Positions 47,617 to 57,433 of a stretch of DNA of 64,000 nt are shown in pieces. Both the position numbers and the translations under genes were made by a program. The notes beneath the pieces are model-generated. The model was given only the letters and a program-made list of their open reading frames with translations, was not told the origin of the DNA and made no database searches. The stretch is from the NCBI GenBank assembly GCA_044229975.1, contig JBGARZ010000008.1:160001-224000 (forward strand). Direction: 5' to 3'. How positions within the stretch are numbered: position 1 is the stretch's first letter; every line of letters begins with the position of its first letter. Source of the stretch: Polyangiales bacterium (lineage in GTDB: Bacteria > Myxococcota_A > Polyangia > Polyangiales > Ga0077539).

Positions 47617-47748
47617 GACGAACCGAACCAAATCGCTTTCTTCTCTGACATTGTCGCGCCGAGGGTGCTTGTCACCGGAGAGCCACCGATCGCTCGGCTG
47701 ACTCTGGCACGGAACCAACGATGCCGACAGTTCCACGACCTTCCGGAG

Positions 47749-49185
47749 CTACGCCCGCAAACTCGCCCCGTAGCGCGCCACAGCGCCCGCCCGGTCGGGC
47801 TTGCCGCTCGGCAGCGTCGCGATCGCCTCCACCCGCACCAGCAGCCGCGGGCGCTTGAAGTCCGCCAGCGATGCGCGCGCATGCTCCATCACCGACGCCC
47901 GCCACGCCGCCTCGTCGCGCACGTCGCCGCGCGCCACGATCGCAGCCGCCACTCGCTGTCCCCACACTTCATCGTGCACGCCAAACACCAGCGCCGCCGC
48001 CACCGCCGGGTGCCGCTCCAGGCACTGCTCGACCTCCACGGGATAGACGTTTTCCCCACCGCTCACGATGAGGTCCGTCCGGCGCGCGTGCAGGTGCAGC
48101 GTCCCGTCGTCGTCGAGCGATCCTAGGTCGCCCGTGTCGAACCACGCGTCGTCCGCGAGGGCATCCTGCCCCCAGTACCCGCGCATCCGCATCGGCCCTC
48201 GCACCGCGATGCGCCCCACCTCGCCCACTCGCACCGCCGCGCCATCACCGTCCGTCAGCCGCAGCGCCACGTCCGCCAACGGACGCCCCACGCCGCGCTG
48301 CACGACCACCACCCCTGGCTGGTACGACTGCGTCGCGACCTGCGAGCACATCTCCGTCATCCCGTACGTCGCCAGCGCCCGAACGCCCCGCGCCGCGCTC
48401 TCCTGCAACAGCTCCGGCGAACACGCCGCGCCGCCCACCAGCACGGACCGCGCGCGCGCCAGCACGTTGCCGGTGTCCGCCTCCAACAGCCCCCGCAGCA
48501 TCGTCGGAACCACGCTCACCAGCGTCCCGCCCGCCCTCACCGCGTCGAGCACGGCGCCCGCGTCGTAGCGCGGCAGCAGCACCACCGGCCGACGCGCGCA
48601 CCAGCAGCGCGTGAGCACCGAGAGCCCGCCCACGTGCGCGACGGGCAACGGCGCGACCCAGCGGTCGTCGAGGGTCCACGACAGGTTGCGAGCGCTCGCC
48701 ACGGCGCTCGCCGCGAAGGCCCCGTGGGTGAGCACCGCGCCCTTCGCGCGACCCGATGTGCCCGAGGTGTAGATGATCGCGAGGGCGTCTGCCTCCGAAG
48801 GCGATGGCACGATCGGCCATGGTCGGTCGCCGCCCTCGCGCATCAACGCGTCGACCGCAGCGTCGTCGAGCGACGTCGCCACCTGCGCGTCGTCGATGAG
48901 CACCCGTGCCTCTGCGTCGGTCAACCGCGGATGAACGAGCACCGCCGTCACGCCCGCCGCCGCCATCCCGAGCAGCGCGACGACCGTCTCGGCGCGGTTG
49001 CTGCCACGCAGGGCCACGCGGTCTCCTCGAACGACGCCCGCCCCCAAGAGCGCCGCGATGAAGGCGCCCATCCGAGCGTCGAGCTCCGCGAAGCTCCACG
49101 CGCGACCGTCGGCGATGAGCGCGGTCGTTGGAGAGCGCTCTCGTCGCGCAAAGGGGGACGTCTGGGCGGTGCGGCCCACAGCCAT
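47749..49185 (-). CDS. menE: o-succinylbenzoate--CoA ligase
   Basis: YTSGTSGRAKG, YGMTE, TGDLG, SGGENVYP; adjacent to menC. Confidence 0.8.
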   Translation of the reverse strand: MAVGRTAQTSPFARRERSPTTALIADGRAWSFAELDARMGAFIAALLGAGVVRGDRVALRGSNRAETVVALLGMAAAGVTAVLVHPRLTDAEARVLIDDAQVATSLDDAAVDALMREGGDRPWPIVPSPSEADALAIIYTSGTSGRAKGAVLTHGAFAASAVASARNLSWTLDDRWVAPLPVAHVGGLSVLTRCWCARRPVVLLPRYDAGAVLDAVRAGGTLVSVVPTMLRGLLEADTGNVLARARSVLVGGAACSPELLQESAARGVRALATYGMTEMCSQVATQSYQPGVVVVQRGVGRPLADVALRLTDGDGAAVRVGEVGRIAVRGPMRMRGYWGQDALADDAWFDTGDLGSLDDDGTLHLHARRTDLIVSGGENVYPVEVEQCLERHPAVAAALVFGVHDEVWGQRVAAAIVARGDVRDEAAWRASVMEHARASLADFKRPRLLVRVEAIATLPSGKPDRAGAVARYGASLRA

Positions 49186-49190
49186 CGCCC

Positions 49191-50243
49191 TCACCCGAGC
49201 TCCTCCAACCCGAGCCCCGCCCTCGTCGCGCGCATCACCCTCGCGCCCGCCGCCTGCGCCACGTCCACCTTCGGCCACGCGTCGAGACCCGCGTGTCGAT
49301 CGAGCCCGCACGCCCACGCCCCCGACACCGACCGCGCCAGCTCGCACGCCGCCGCCAGCGCCACCGGTCCGTCGAGCAGGTGTGTCACCACCACGCCCAA
49401 CCCCAGCGCGCTCGCGGCCGACGCCGTCTCTCGCGCCCGCAGCCACCCCAGCGCCATCGGCTTCAACACCACCGCCGCACACCCGCGCCGCACACCCGCG
49501 TCCGCCAGGAAGCGCGACCGCGCCGCCTCGTCGATGAGCACCTCATCGGCCGCCCATGGCACCGCGCGTTCACCCAGCGCGAAGACCCCGTCGCCCGCGC
49601 ACGGCTGCTCGACGTACGCCACGTTCAGGCCCGCCAGCGTGTCCAGTCGACGACGGGCTTCGTCGACGGTCCATGCGCCGTTGGCGTCGAGGCGCCACGT
49701 CACCGCGGGCCAGCGCGCGTGCAGCTCCGCGAGCACCTCGCGCTCGCGACCGAAGTCAGCGCCCGCCTTGAGCTTGAGCACGTCGAAGCCTCGCCCGATG
49801 GCAGCGGCGCAGCGCTCCGTGATGTCCGCGTCGAGCAGCGCGCCCGGCTGCGCGTTGCAAACCACCGCGTCGGCGTCGTGGCCGACGAGCGCGGCGAGGG
49901 ACACTCCCGCCCGTCGTGCCAGCAGGTCGAGCAGCGCGACCTCCAGCGCGCACCGCGCCGACGGCAGCGCATCGAGCGTCGGGAAGCGTTGCATCGTGGC
50001 AGCGACGTCGTCGTCCGCTTCGCCGAGTCGCGGGATCACGTCGATGAGCGCGCGGGTGACGTCCGCGAGCTTGTCGAGGGAGTGCCGTGGCAGCGGCGAG
50101 GCTTCGCCCTGACCGATGTTGCCGTCGCGGTCGCGGATGGTGAGCAGCAGGCCCTCGCGCCACGTCGAGTGGCGACCCGCGGCCCCCGATGGACGTCCGA
50201 GCGCGCCGCCGTAGCGACGCAGCGAGCGGGCGGCGAGGCGCAC
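49191..50243 (-). CDS. menC: o-succinylbenzoate synthase (enolase superfamily)
   Basis: GEASPLP, KLK, RLDANG, VEQP, ADE, LKP. Confidence 0.82.
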   Translation of the reverse strand: MRLAARSLRRYGGALGRPSGAAGRHSTWREGLLLTIRDRDGNIGQGEASPLPRHSLDKLADVTRALIDVIPRLGEADDDVAATMQRFPTLDALPSARCALEVALLDLLARRAGVSLAALVGHDADAVVCNAQPGALLDADITERCAAAIGRGFDVLKLKAGADFGREREVLAELHARWPAVTWRLDANGAWTVDEARRRLDTLAGLNVAYVEQPCAGDGVFALGERAVPWAADEVLIDEAARSRFLADAGVRRGCAAVVLKPMALGWLRARETASAASALGLGVVVTHLLDGPVALAAACELARSVSGAWACGLDRHAGLDAWPKVDVAQAAGARVMRATRAGLGLEELG

Positions 50244-50245
50244 TC

Positions 50246-51415
50246 CTATTGACCTGATCCACCGAGGGAGCGGCGCAGCTCCCCGGTGGCCGTGAACATC
50301 CGCCCGTCGACGCGGAAGGTCTCGCTGTCGTCGCCGCGCACCAGCACCACCGCGCGCTGCGACGGATCAGCCGTGTCGAGCTCGCCGCCCACCGCCACCA
50401 CCACCGTGCTCGCGCCGCCCGGCGCCGACCAGCCGCCCACTGCGTGCAGCGTCGCCGGGGTGAGCGATCGCCCCGTAAACGACCGCAACCCGTTGGTGTG
50501 CAGCGTCTGGCCGTTGACCCCCACGATGAACGTGTTGGCGGGGTCGCTGAACCAGACGCCGTTCCAGCCGCGGAGCTCGTCGAAGACGCGCGGCATCCAG
50601 CGCCAGGTGGTGGTGCCGTCGCCGTTGGTCTCCATCGTCCCCTGGAGGATGACGCCGGTGTTCTGACCGCCGACGGCCCAGCACGCGCCGCCCGCGCAGC
50701 TCGTCGTGAAGAGCCGGTTGTCCGTGCTCGCGATGTGGGTCGCGTCGACCGTCGCCACGCCGTCGCGCAGCCGCAGCGCCACCCCGCGCTCGCCCACCAC
50801 CACGAGCTCGTCGGCGGTGCGCGCGGCGATCTTGTAGAGGTTCGCGTCGCGCGCCTCGGGCGGAACCTCCACCCGCGCAAACGTCGTCCCGTCGTAGCGC
50901 ACGAGCACGCCCTTCGGGCCCGTCGGGGAGGCCGATCCGCCGACGAACCACGTCACGCCGCCGACCTGCGTGAAGCCCCAGAAGGTCGGCGCTCCCTCCG
51001 CGAAGGTGAGCCCGGTGTCGACCACGTCGCAGGTACCGCCGTCGCGGTAGCGCACGATGGTCCCGCGCTCGCCCGCGGCCCACGCGACGCCGTCGACGGG
51101 CGCCGTCCACCAGAGCACGGCGTCGGCGGTGCAGACGGTGCGGAAGGTTCCGCGGCCGTTGTACGTGAGCATGCGGCCCGCGGGCTCCGCGCCGAGGCGC
51201 GCCGGGTCGACGCCGACGTAGCCGCCGACGAGGTACATGGTGCGTGTGCGTTCGTCGCCGTAGACCGAGAGCAGCGCGCCGCCGGGGAGGCCGTTGACCG
51301 CGAGGCGGAAGAGGTCGGGCGCGGTGTCGGGGGGAACGTCGGGGCCGCACGCGAGCGCGAAGGCCGCGGTGGTGACGGCGAAGGCGGTGGTGACGACGGT
51401 CTGCCAGGGTCTCAT
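50246..51415 (-). CDS. Putative beta-propeller lipoprotein
   Basis: Lipobox ALAC; repeated W.VG..G..L.Y.G units. Confidence 0.65.
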   Translation of the reverse strand: MRPWQTVVTTAFAVTTAAFALACGPDVPPDTAPDLFRLAVNGLPGGALLSVYGDERTRTMYLVGGYVGVDPARLGAEPAGRMLTYNGRGTFRTVCTADAVLWWTAPVDGVAWAAGERGTIVRYRDGGTCDVVDTGLTFAEGAPTFWGFTQVGGVTWFVGGSASPTGPKGVLVRYDGTTFARVEVPPEARDANLYKIAARTADELVVVGERGVALRLRDGVATVDATHIASTDNRLFTTSCAGGACWAVGGQNTGVILQGTMETNGDGTTTWRWMPRVFDELRGWNGVWFSDPANTFIVGVNGQTLHTNGLRSFTGRSLTPATLHAVGGWSAPGGASTVVVAVGGELDTADPSQRAVVLVRGDDSETFRVDGRMFTATGELRRSLGGSGQ

Positions 51416-52602
51416 CGGTGGGGCTGCTTCAGGGTCGGGCCGTTGAGCTCGGCGCGGAGCTGGGCGATGCGCTCGCGGAGCGGGACGATGAAGTCGAAGC
51501 TGATGGTTCGCATCTGGCCCTTCATGGCGCGCGTGGCGTGCCACTTGGAGAGCGCGAGGCGGGCGGCGGTGGCGATGAGCTCGCCGCGGAGCTTTCCCTG
51601 CGGGCCGGTGCGCGCGCGAAACTGACCGAAGGCCGAGCCGACGAGGGCGTACTCCTCGCGGGAGAGCGTTCCGATGATGACCTCGTCCTGGAGGTACTCG
51701 CGGATGATGCGACCGCGGCGCAGCGCGAGCGAAAACACGATCGCGAGGAAGGCCGCCACGAAGAGGAACCACAGCGGCAGGAGCAGCAGCACGAGCGGCA
51801 CCTGCATGGCGGTGGAGAGGACGGCGGCGCCGTTCCAGACGGCGTGGAGGAAGACCGCGGCGCCGTAGCCGAGGAGGGGGAAGAGCCAGCGGCCGCCGGT
51901 GCTGGTGCTCTCGCGCGAGAGGCCAAAACCGATGCCAGTCATCGACGTGAAGAGCGGGTGCGCCCACGGGGTCACGACGCCGCGCAGGATGAACACGCTG
52001 GTGAGATCGGTGTCGGAGTGAACGCCCGCGCGGGCGTAGTAGACGACGTTTTCGACGGCGGCGAAGCCGAGGGCGGCGAAGGTCGCGTAGATGATGCCGT
52101 CGATGACGCCGTCGAACTCGCGGCGCCAGAAATAGAACATCCCGAAGAGCGCGAGGCCCTTGAAGAACTCCTCGACGATCGGCGCGCACACCGCGGCGCC
52201 GACGGCCTCGGAGGAGAGGGCCGCGACGACGCTGTTGATGGGCGCGGAGAAGCCGCACGCGCCGAGGGCGCCCCAGGTGAAGACGAGCGAGAGGGCCCAC
52301 GCGGGCTCCGGGTCGTACCGATCGAGCAACCGCGGAATGGTCATGTAGACGAGCACCGCGGGGAAGGCGAGCGCGGCCCCGGCGGCCATGGCCGTGTACT
52401 GCGAGATGGCGTTGTTTCCGAGCAGCGGCGGCAGCAGGAAGATGATGTGCAGGAGGAGGCCCCCTGCGAGCGTGCCGAGGGTGAAGAGCACGAGGCCGAC
52501 CATGCGGCGGACACGCTCGGGATCGCGGGCGGCGGGGACGACCATCGGCGCGGACCATAGCGCAACGGGCGACGGCGCATGGCGCTGGGAGGGAGTCCAC
52601 AA
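51412..52602 (-). CDS. PrsW-family intramembrane metalloprotease
   Basis: EEFFK, FAAVEN, HPLFT, HAVWN; start may lie further downstream. Confidence 0.88.
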   Translation of the reverse strand: MWTPSQRHAPSPVALWSAPMVVPAARDPERVRRMVGLVLFTLGTLAGGLLLHIIFLLPPLLGNNAISQYTAMAAGAALAFPAVLVYMTIPRLLDRYDPEPAWALSLVFTWGALGACGFSAPINSVVAALSSEAVGAAVCAPIVEEFFKGLALFGMFYFWRREFDGVIDGIIYATFAALGFAAVENVVYYARAGVHSDTDLTSVFILRGVVTPWAHPLFTSMTGIGFGLSRESTSTGGRWLFPLLGYGAAVFLHAVWNGAAVLSTAMQVPLVLLLLPLWFLFVAAFLAIVFSLALRRGRIIREYLQDEVIIGTLSREEYALVGSAFGQFRARTGPQGKLRGELIATAARLALSKWHATRAMKGQMRTISFDFIVPLRERIAQLRAELNGPTLKQPHR

Positions 52603-52622
52603 CGGCGTTACGGTCGCTGGCC

Positions 52623-53264
52623 ATGAGCGACCTCACCCTGTATCGCGACGACTTCTGGATCAGCCCCTATGTGTTCTCGTGCGACGTGACGCTGCGCGAG
52701 AAGGGACTCGCGTACGAGACGGTGGTGGTGGCGTTGCAGCGGGGCGAGCAGCGCGTCGAGGACTACGCGGCCCGGTCGCTGATGGGGAGGGTTCCGGCGC
52801 TGCGGCACGGGGACTTCATGCTGGCGGAGTCGAGCGCCATCATCGAGTACCTGGAGGATGCCTTCCCCAAGAGGACGCGCGTGCTGCCGACGAGCCGGAA
52901 GGAGCGGGCGCGGGCGCGGCAGGTGATGTCGTGGATTCGCAGCGACGACACGCTCCCGATCAGGATCGAGCGGTCGACGACGACGATGTTCTACGAGCGC
53001 GCGACGAAGCCCTTGAGCGACGAGGCGCAGGCGGCCGCGACGAAGCTGGTGACGGTCGCGACGCGGCTGCTGGCGCACGGCGGCGGGTACATCGGCAAGG
53101 CGTGGAGCATCGCCGACGCCGACCTGGCGTTCATGCTGCAACGGCTGGTGATCAACGGGGACGAGGTTCCGGAGGCGGTGCGGGAGTACGCCGATCGGGT
53201 GTGGCAGCGACCGACGGTGCGGGAGTTCGTCGAGCGCGAGCGGCCTCCGTACGTGCCGCACTGA
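52623..53264 (+). CDS. Glutathione S-transferase, YfcF-like
   Basis: SPYVFS, RVPAL, ESSAIIEYL, WSIADADLA. Confidence 0.88.
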   Translation: MSDLTLYRDDFWISPYVFSCDVTLREKGLAYETVVVALQRGEQRVEDYAARSLMGRVPALRHGDFMLAESSAIIEYLEDAFPKRTRVLPTSRKERARARQVMSWIRSDDTLPIRIERSTTTMFYERATKPLSDEAQAAATKLVTVATRLLAHGGGYIGKAWSIADADLAFMLQRLVINGDEVPEAVREYADRVWQRPTVREFVERERPPYVPH

Positions 53265-53305
53265 CCGTTCGCGCGGGCGTCGGCGATGCGCTACGACGCG
53301 CGGCG

Positions 53306-53698
53306 ATGCCCTGGCTGCTGCTCGCCCTCGTCGGTGCCGTCGCGATCTTCGGCTGGCACCTGCTCCACGAAGACCTCTTCTGCCTCTCCGTGCGCGACAA
53401 CCGCATCCTGGTCGTTCGGGGTCGCGTGCCCGCGCGCTTCGTCTCGGACGTGCGCGACGTGCTCTCCCGCGTCCGCGTCGCGAGCGCCACCATCCGCGCG
53501 CAGCCCACCGACGGCGGAGGGAGGCTGGTGTTTTCGGGCGACCTCGACGACTTCACCCAGCAGCGGCTGCGCAACGTGTTCGGGCTCATCCCGGCGGTGC
53601 AGCTCCGCACGGCGCCGCCCATCGCCCAGCCGACGGTGGGCCAGCGCGTCGGGTTCGCCTGGCTCGCGTGGATGTTCGACCGTAGCGCGCGTCGTTAG
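53306..53698 (+). CDS. DUF3634-like small membrane protein
   Basis: N-terminal TM; QQRLRNV motif. Confidence 0.7.
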   Translation: MPWLLLALVGAVAIFGWHLLHEDLFCLSVRDNRILVVRGRVPARFVSDVRDVLSRVRVASATIRAQPTDGGGRLVFSGDLDDFTQQRLRNVFGLIPAVQLRTAPPIAQPTVGQRVGFAWLAWMFDRSARR

Positions 53699-53727
53699 GG
53701 CCATCCCCTCTGAAGGTGCCCGCGGGC

Positions 53728-54822
53728 TCAGTGGTCGTCGTCGGGGAGGTTCTGCGTGTAGCGCCGGCCCTCGATCTCCAGCGTGAAGCGCGCGTCGCCC
53801 GCGGGGAGCCTGAACTCCAGCACCGCGGGGAGGCGGCCGTCGTAGCGCTTCACGAGCCCGCCGCGCGCGTCGTAGACGGCCCCGCCCGACGCGACGGTCA
53901 TGGTGCCGTCCACGAGACCCGACACGAACTCCGCCATCTGGTGCGTCTCCTCCGCGACGCGGTGGCACCACAGGTGTTCGGCACCGGGCACCTCGACGTG
54001 GGCGATCTCCTCCATCTGCTTCTCGTTGACCTCCGAGCCGACGCCCACCAGCACGAGGTGCAACGGCGGGAGCCGCCCCTTCGCGATGCGCGCGGCGATC
54101 GTCCGTGACAGCTCATGCACCTCGTCCTGGTCGCTGATCTGCCCGTCGCCGACGAACACCCCGCAGCCGACCTTCCCGCCGCGCGCGCTCTGCTGCTCGA
54201 TGTAGGCGATGAAGTCCTTGAGGGCCGGTGCGAGTCGGGTTCCGGTGCCGAAGGCTTTCGGTCCTGCCACCTGCAACGTCGCGGCGTCGACGCTCGACAG
54301 CTCGCCCACGACCTCGACCTTGCTGCCGCCTCTGCCGCAGGCCCAGTACGCGAGACGGAGCTTCCCGTTGCGATCCTTCGTGGCGAGGTACTGGAGCATG
54401 CGGCGCACCTGCGGCTCGACCTGATTGGTGCGACCGCGCCTCACCGGCGCGTGATGGTTGTCTCCGTCATGGTCGTCGTCGTCATCACCATGATCGACGT
54501 CCCCATTGCCGCCGTGGTCGTCGTCGCGAAACCACCCGAACAGTCGCGCGAGCAGGCCCTGCTTTTTCGCCGGTGCCTTCGCGGGCGCGGCGGCCGTCGC
54601 GGTCTGGACGTGCGTCGGCGGTGGCACGCGCCCATGGACATCTCCGAGCGGGAGATCGTCCTGGTACTCGTACTCCTCGGTCATGCTCCCGGATCCGTCG
54701 ACGTAGATCGCCATGTCGACGCCCTCGACGACGGGGTCGTGCAGGAGCGTGACCCTCACGACGCCGTCGTCGATGTGGATGTCTGCGAAGGGCGGGGCGA
54801 GTCGTTCGTGCGCGTGGGACAT
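53728..54822 (-). CDS. vWA-domain protein with His/Asp-rich insertion
   Basis: MIDAS DGSGSM, GTRLAPAL, FVGDG, LVGVG. Confidence 0.8.
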   Translation of the reverse strand: MSHAHERLAPPFADIHIDDGVVRVTLLHDPVVEGVDMAIYVDGSGSMTEEYEYQDDLPLGDVHGRVPPPTHVQTATAAAPAKAPAKKQGLLARLFGWFRDDDHGGNGDVDHGDDDDDHDGDNHHAPVRRGRTNQVEPQVRRMLQYLATKDRNGKLRLAYWACGRGGSKVEVVGELSSVDAATLQVAGPKAFGTGTRLAPALKDFIAYIEQQSARGGKVGCGVFVGDGQISDQDEVHELSRTIAARIAKGRLPPLHLVLVGVGSEVNEKQMEEIAHVEVPGAEHLWCHRVAEETHQMAEFVSGLVDGTMTVASGGAVYDARGGLVKRYDGRLPAVLEFRLPAGDARFTLEIEGRRYTQNLPDDDH

Positions 54823-54885
54823 CGCCGCCGAGAGTACCGACGCGTCGTCGCGCCGACCATCACCCGGCGCCACGACGGTGCGGGC

Positions 54886-55284
54886 TCAGTTGAAGTGGTG
54901 CGGCTGCGACACCGGAACGTCCTCGACGTACTCCCCCGGCACCCAGCCTGCGCCGTCGGTCTCCTGCAAGGCATCGAGCACCGCCTGGAGGTGGGCCCGC
55001 GCCTGCCGCTGGGGAATGTCCCCGGCCTCGATCTCCAGCTCCGCGAGCCGCAGCGGGGTCATCTCGCGGATGGCCCACTTCACGGTCTGGGTGTCCGCGA
55101 GGCTGAGCGTGTGGTCGATGATCTCCAGGCCCATCTTCGTGGCGACGAGCGTCACGAGGCCAGCGCTCACGGCCTCACGCGCCCACTGGTCTTCCTTCGC
55201 GTCGGGCCCGGCGAACCAGGCGATGTCGCGCGTGATGTCCTGACGGGGAGCAGACGGCGAGCCGTCGTTGGATGTGGTGGTCAT
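54886..55284 (-). CDS. Hypothetical protein
   Basis: AGGAGG RBS on the minus strand; coding-like ORF. Confidence 0.65.
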   Translation of the reverse strand: MTTTSNDGSPSAPRQDITRDIAWFAGPDAKEDQWAREAVSAGLVTLVATKMGLEIIDHTLSLADTQTVKWAIREMTPLRLAELEIEAGDIPQRQARAHLQAVLDALQETDGAGWVPGEYVEDVPVSQPHHFN

Positions 55285-55368
55285 ACGATGAACCTCCTGT
55301 GAGACGACGAGGGCCACAGAGGACCCAACACCCCGAGCAGAGGCACCAACCGATGAGCGTCAAACAGG

Positions 55369-56175
55369 TCAGCCGAAAAGGCGCATGAGCGGGTCGTCGA
55401 CCTCGGTTCGCTGCGCGCACTCCTCGACGAGCTTCTGGAAGACCAGCGGGTGCGGCACGCGGTCGAGTCCCACGGTCCGCCACGCGACGAGCGAAGTGCC
55501 TCGCAGAAACACCACACGCCCCTGCTGGAAGCGCACCAGCTTCAGGTCGCTCCACCGCACCACCGGGCCGCCGAAGGAGACGCCCTCCTGGCTCAGTCGG
55601 ACGTGGTTGAAGGTCAGCGTCTCACCGTCGCGGAGAGCCGCGCGCGCCGCGTCGAGGTGCGTCGTCGAGCAGCGTCTCAAGATCGGGTTGGCGATGCGCT
55701 CGACGTCGGGCAGGCGCAGCGGGACCTTGTGCGCAACGCCCGCGTGATCGACCAGCCGCAGCGCGTCGATCTGCGCGATGCCGCCCAGGATGGAGGGTGG
55801 CTGTGACAGCTCGAACCACACCGTGTCGACCTCGTCGTAGGCCACCACGTCGCGCTTGCCCCACCGGGTGACCACCACCCCGTCGGCGTGCATGTCCACG
55901 TAGACCTTGCGCGCGTGGAGCGGCCCCAGCGCGCCGACCGCGAAGACCACGATCCCGGGCAGGATCCCGAGGAGCGACATCGCGCCGACCTTCGCCACGG
56001 CCACCATGGCGACGAACAAGGCCGCCACGACCACCCCCATCATCATCGCCGGCACCAGCGCGAGCGCGAGGCTCGGCGGGCGGTGCGACGAGCGCAGCGG
56101 ACCCAACGCTTCGACGGGATCACTCGCGGGCTCTGGGGCCGGGGCTTCGGGCGTGCGGTACGGCGGCGATGGCAT
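55369..56175 (-). CDS. DUF6585-like/PH-like membrane protein
   Basis: Two TM helices followed by two PH-like beta domains (GETLTF..VRLS, WSDL). Confidence 0.6.
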   Translation of the reverse strand: MPSPPYRTPEAPAPEPASDPVEALGPLRSSHRPPSLALALVPAMMMGVVVAALFVAMVAVAKVGAMSLLGILPGIVVFAVGALGPLHARKVYVDMHADGVVVTRWGKRDVVAYDEVDTVWFELSQPPSILGGIAQIDALRLVDHAGVAHKVPLRLPDVERIANPILRRCSTTHLDAARAALRDGETLTFNHVRLSQEGVSFGGPVVRWSDLKLVRFQQGRVVFLRGTSLVAWRTVGLDRVPHPLVFQKLVEECAQRTEVDDPLMRLFG

Positions 56176-56328
56176 CGTGTGGCGCCGATCATCGACTCCG
56201 TGAAGGCGCCGCCGCAACTTCGAGCGCTCGCCCGCGCAGACGAGCGCGACCCGCTGGGCGTCGGCATCGGCCGTTCGGGTAGACTCGCGCGCCATGCGGG
56301 GGAAGACGTTCGTGAGAGAGACTTCTTG

Positions 56329-57378
56329 ATGGCGGTCAGACGTCGCTCAGGCCCCGGTCGGAAGCGCGGCGCGTACTCGCAGGCCGAGCGCATCCTGCGA
56401 CTGCACGCGGCCCTGCTCGACGGTCGCATCGTCCGCGTCCCCGAGTTTGCCGAGGAGCTGGAGATTTCCGTTCGACAGGTGCAGCGCGACCTCGCGGTGG
56501 TGCGCGGCCACCTCGGCGACCGGCTCGCGCAGCGCGACGACGGCGCGTGGATCGTGCGGCGGGAGCTCGCGTCGGCGGCCGATCGTCGGAGCGCGCGGTC
56601 GGCGATCCTGGGCGTGGCGATCGGCGCGAAGCTGTCGTCGTCGCTGTGGGGCGAGCGGGCGGCGCGTCGGCTCCGCGCGCGGGTGGACGGGCTCATCTCG
56701 GGCCTCGGTGACTCGGACGCGTCGCGCTTCGAGGGGTGGTCCCGGCGCATCGCCGTCGTGTCGCAGGGACAGAAGAACTACGCGGGTCGCCCCGAGGTCG
56801 CGCAGCGGCTCGACCAGATGCTCGAAGCGATGATCCGTTGCAGCGTGGTGAGGCTCACGTATCTCTCGCACTCGCGGGCGATGCAGGGTCTGTCGGCGCG
56901 CGAGCTCGTCGTGAACCCGCTGGGGCTCATCCACTACCGCGACGGCGTGTACTTCGTCGTGGAGGTCACGGGTGGTGCGGATGCAGAGGAGAAGCGGGGG
57001 CGGCGCATCATGCTGGCGCTCGATCGCATCGGGGAGGTGGGCTTCGTGGGGGAGTCGTTCACGATGCCGCGGGGCTTCGACGCGCAGGCGTTTCTGGGGG
57101 AGGCGTTTGGCCTGTGGCGGGAGGGCGCGATCGAGGACGTCGAGGTCGAGGTGGACGCCGCCCACGCGCGGTGGGTGCGCGAGCGGAGCATCCACGCGTC
57201 ACAGCGCTTCGAGGAGCGCCCCGACGGGAGGCTGCGGGTGCACCTGCGCGTGGACGGACTCCACGAGGTCTCCGAGTGGGTGCTGTCGCTGGGGGACTTC
57301 GCGGAGGTCATCGGGCCGCCCGCGCTACGGGAGATGGTGGCGAAGCGCCTGCGGACGGCGGCGGCGCGGTACGAGTGA
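56329..57378 (+). CDS. HTH-WYL-WCX transcriptional regulator
   Basis: ISVRQVQRDL HTH; VNPLGL..Y; LDRI; HASQ; WVLSLG..AEVIGP. Confidence 0.9.
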   Translation: MAVRRRSGPGRKRGAYSQAERILRLHAALLDGRIVRVPEFAEELEISVRQVQRDLAVVRGHLGDRLAQRDDGAWIVRRELASAADRRSARSAILGVAIGAKLSSSLWGERAARRLRARVDGLISGLGDSDASRFEGWSRRIAVVSQGQKNYAGRPEVAQRLDQMLEAMIRCSVVRLTYLSHSRAMQGLSARELVVNPLGLIHYRDGVYFVVEVTGGADAEEKRGRRIMLALDRIGEVGFVGESFTMPRGFDAQAFLGEAFGLWREGAIEDVEVEVDAAHARWVRERSIHASQRFEERPDGRLRVHLRVDGLHEVSEWVLSLGDFAEVIGPPALREMVAKRLRTAAARYE

Positions 57379-57433
57379 GGCCGCCTTCGGACCGGGTGTG
57401 GTCGCGTCCCGCGCCTGCACCACCGGGCAAGCG

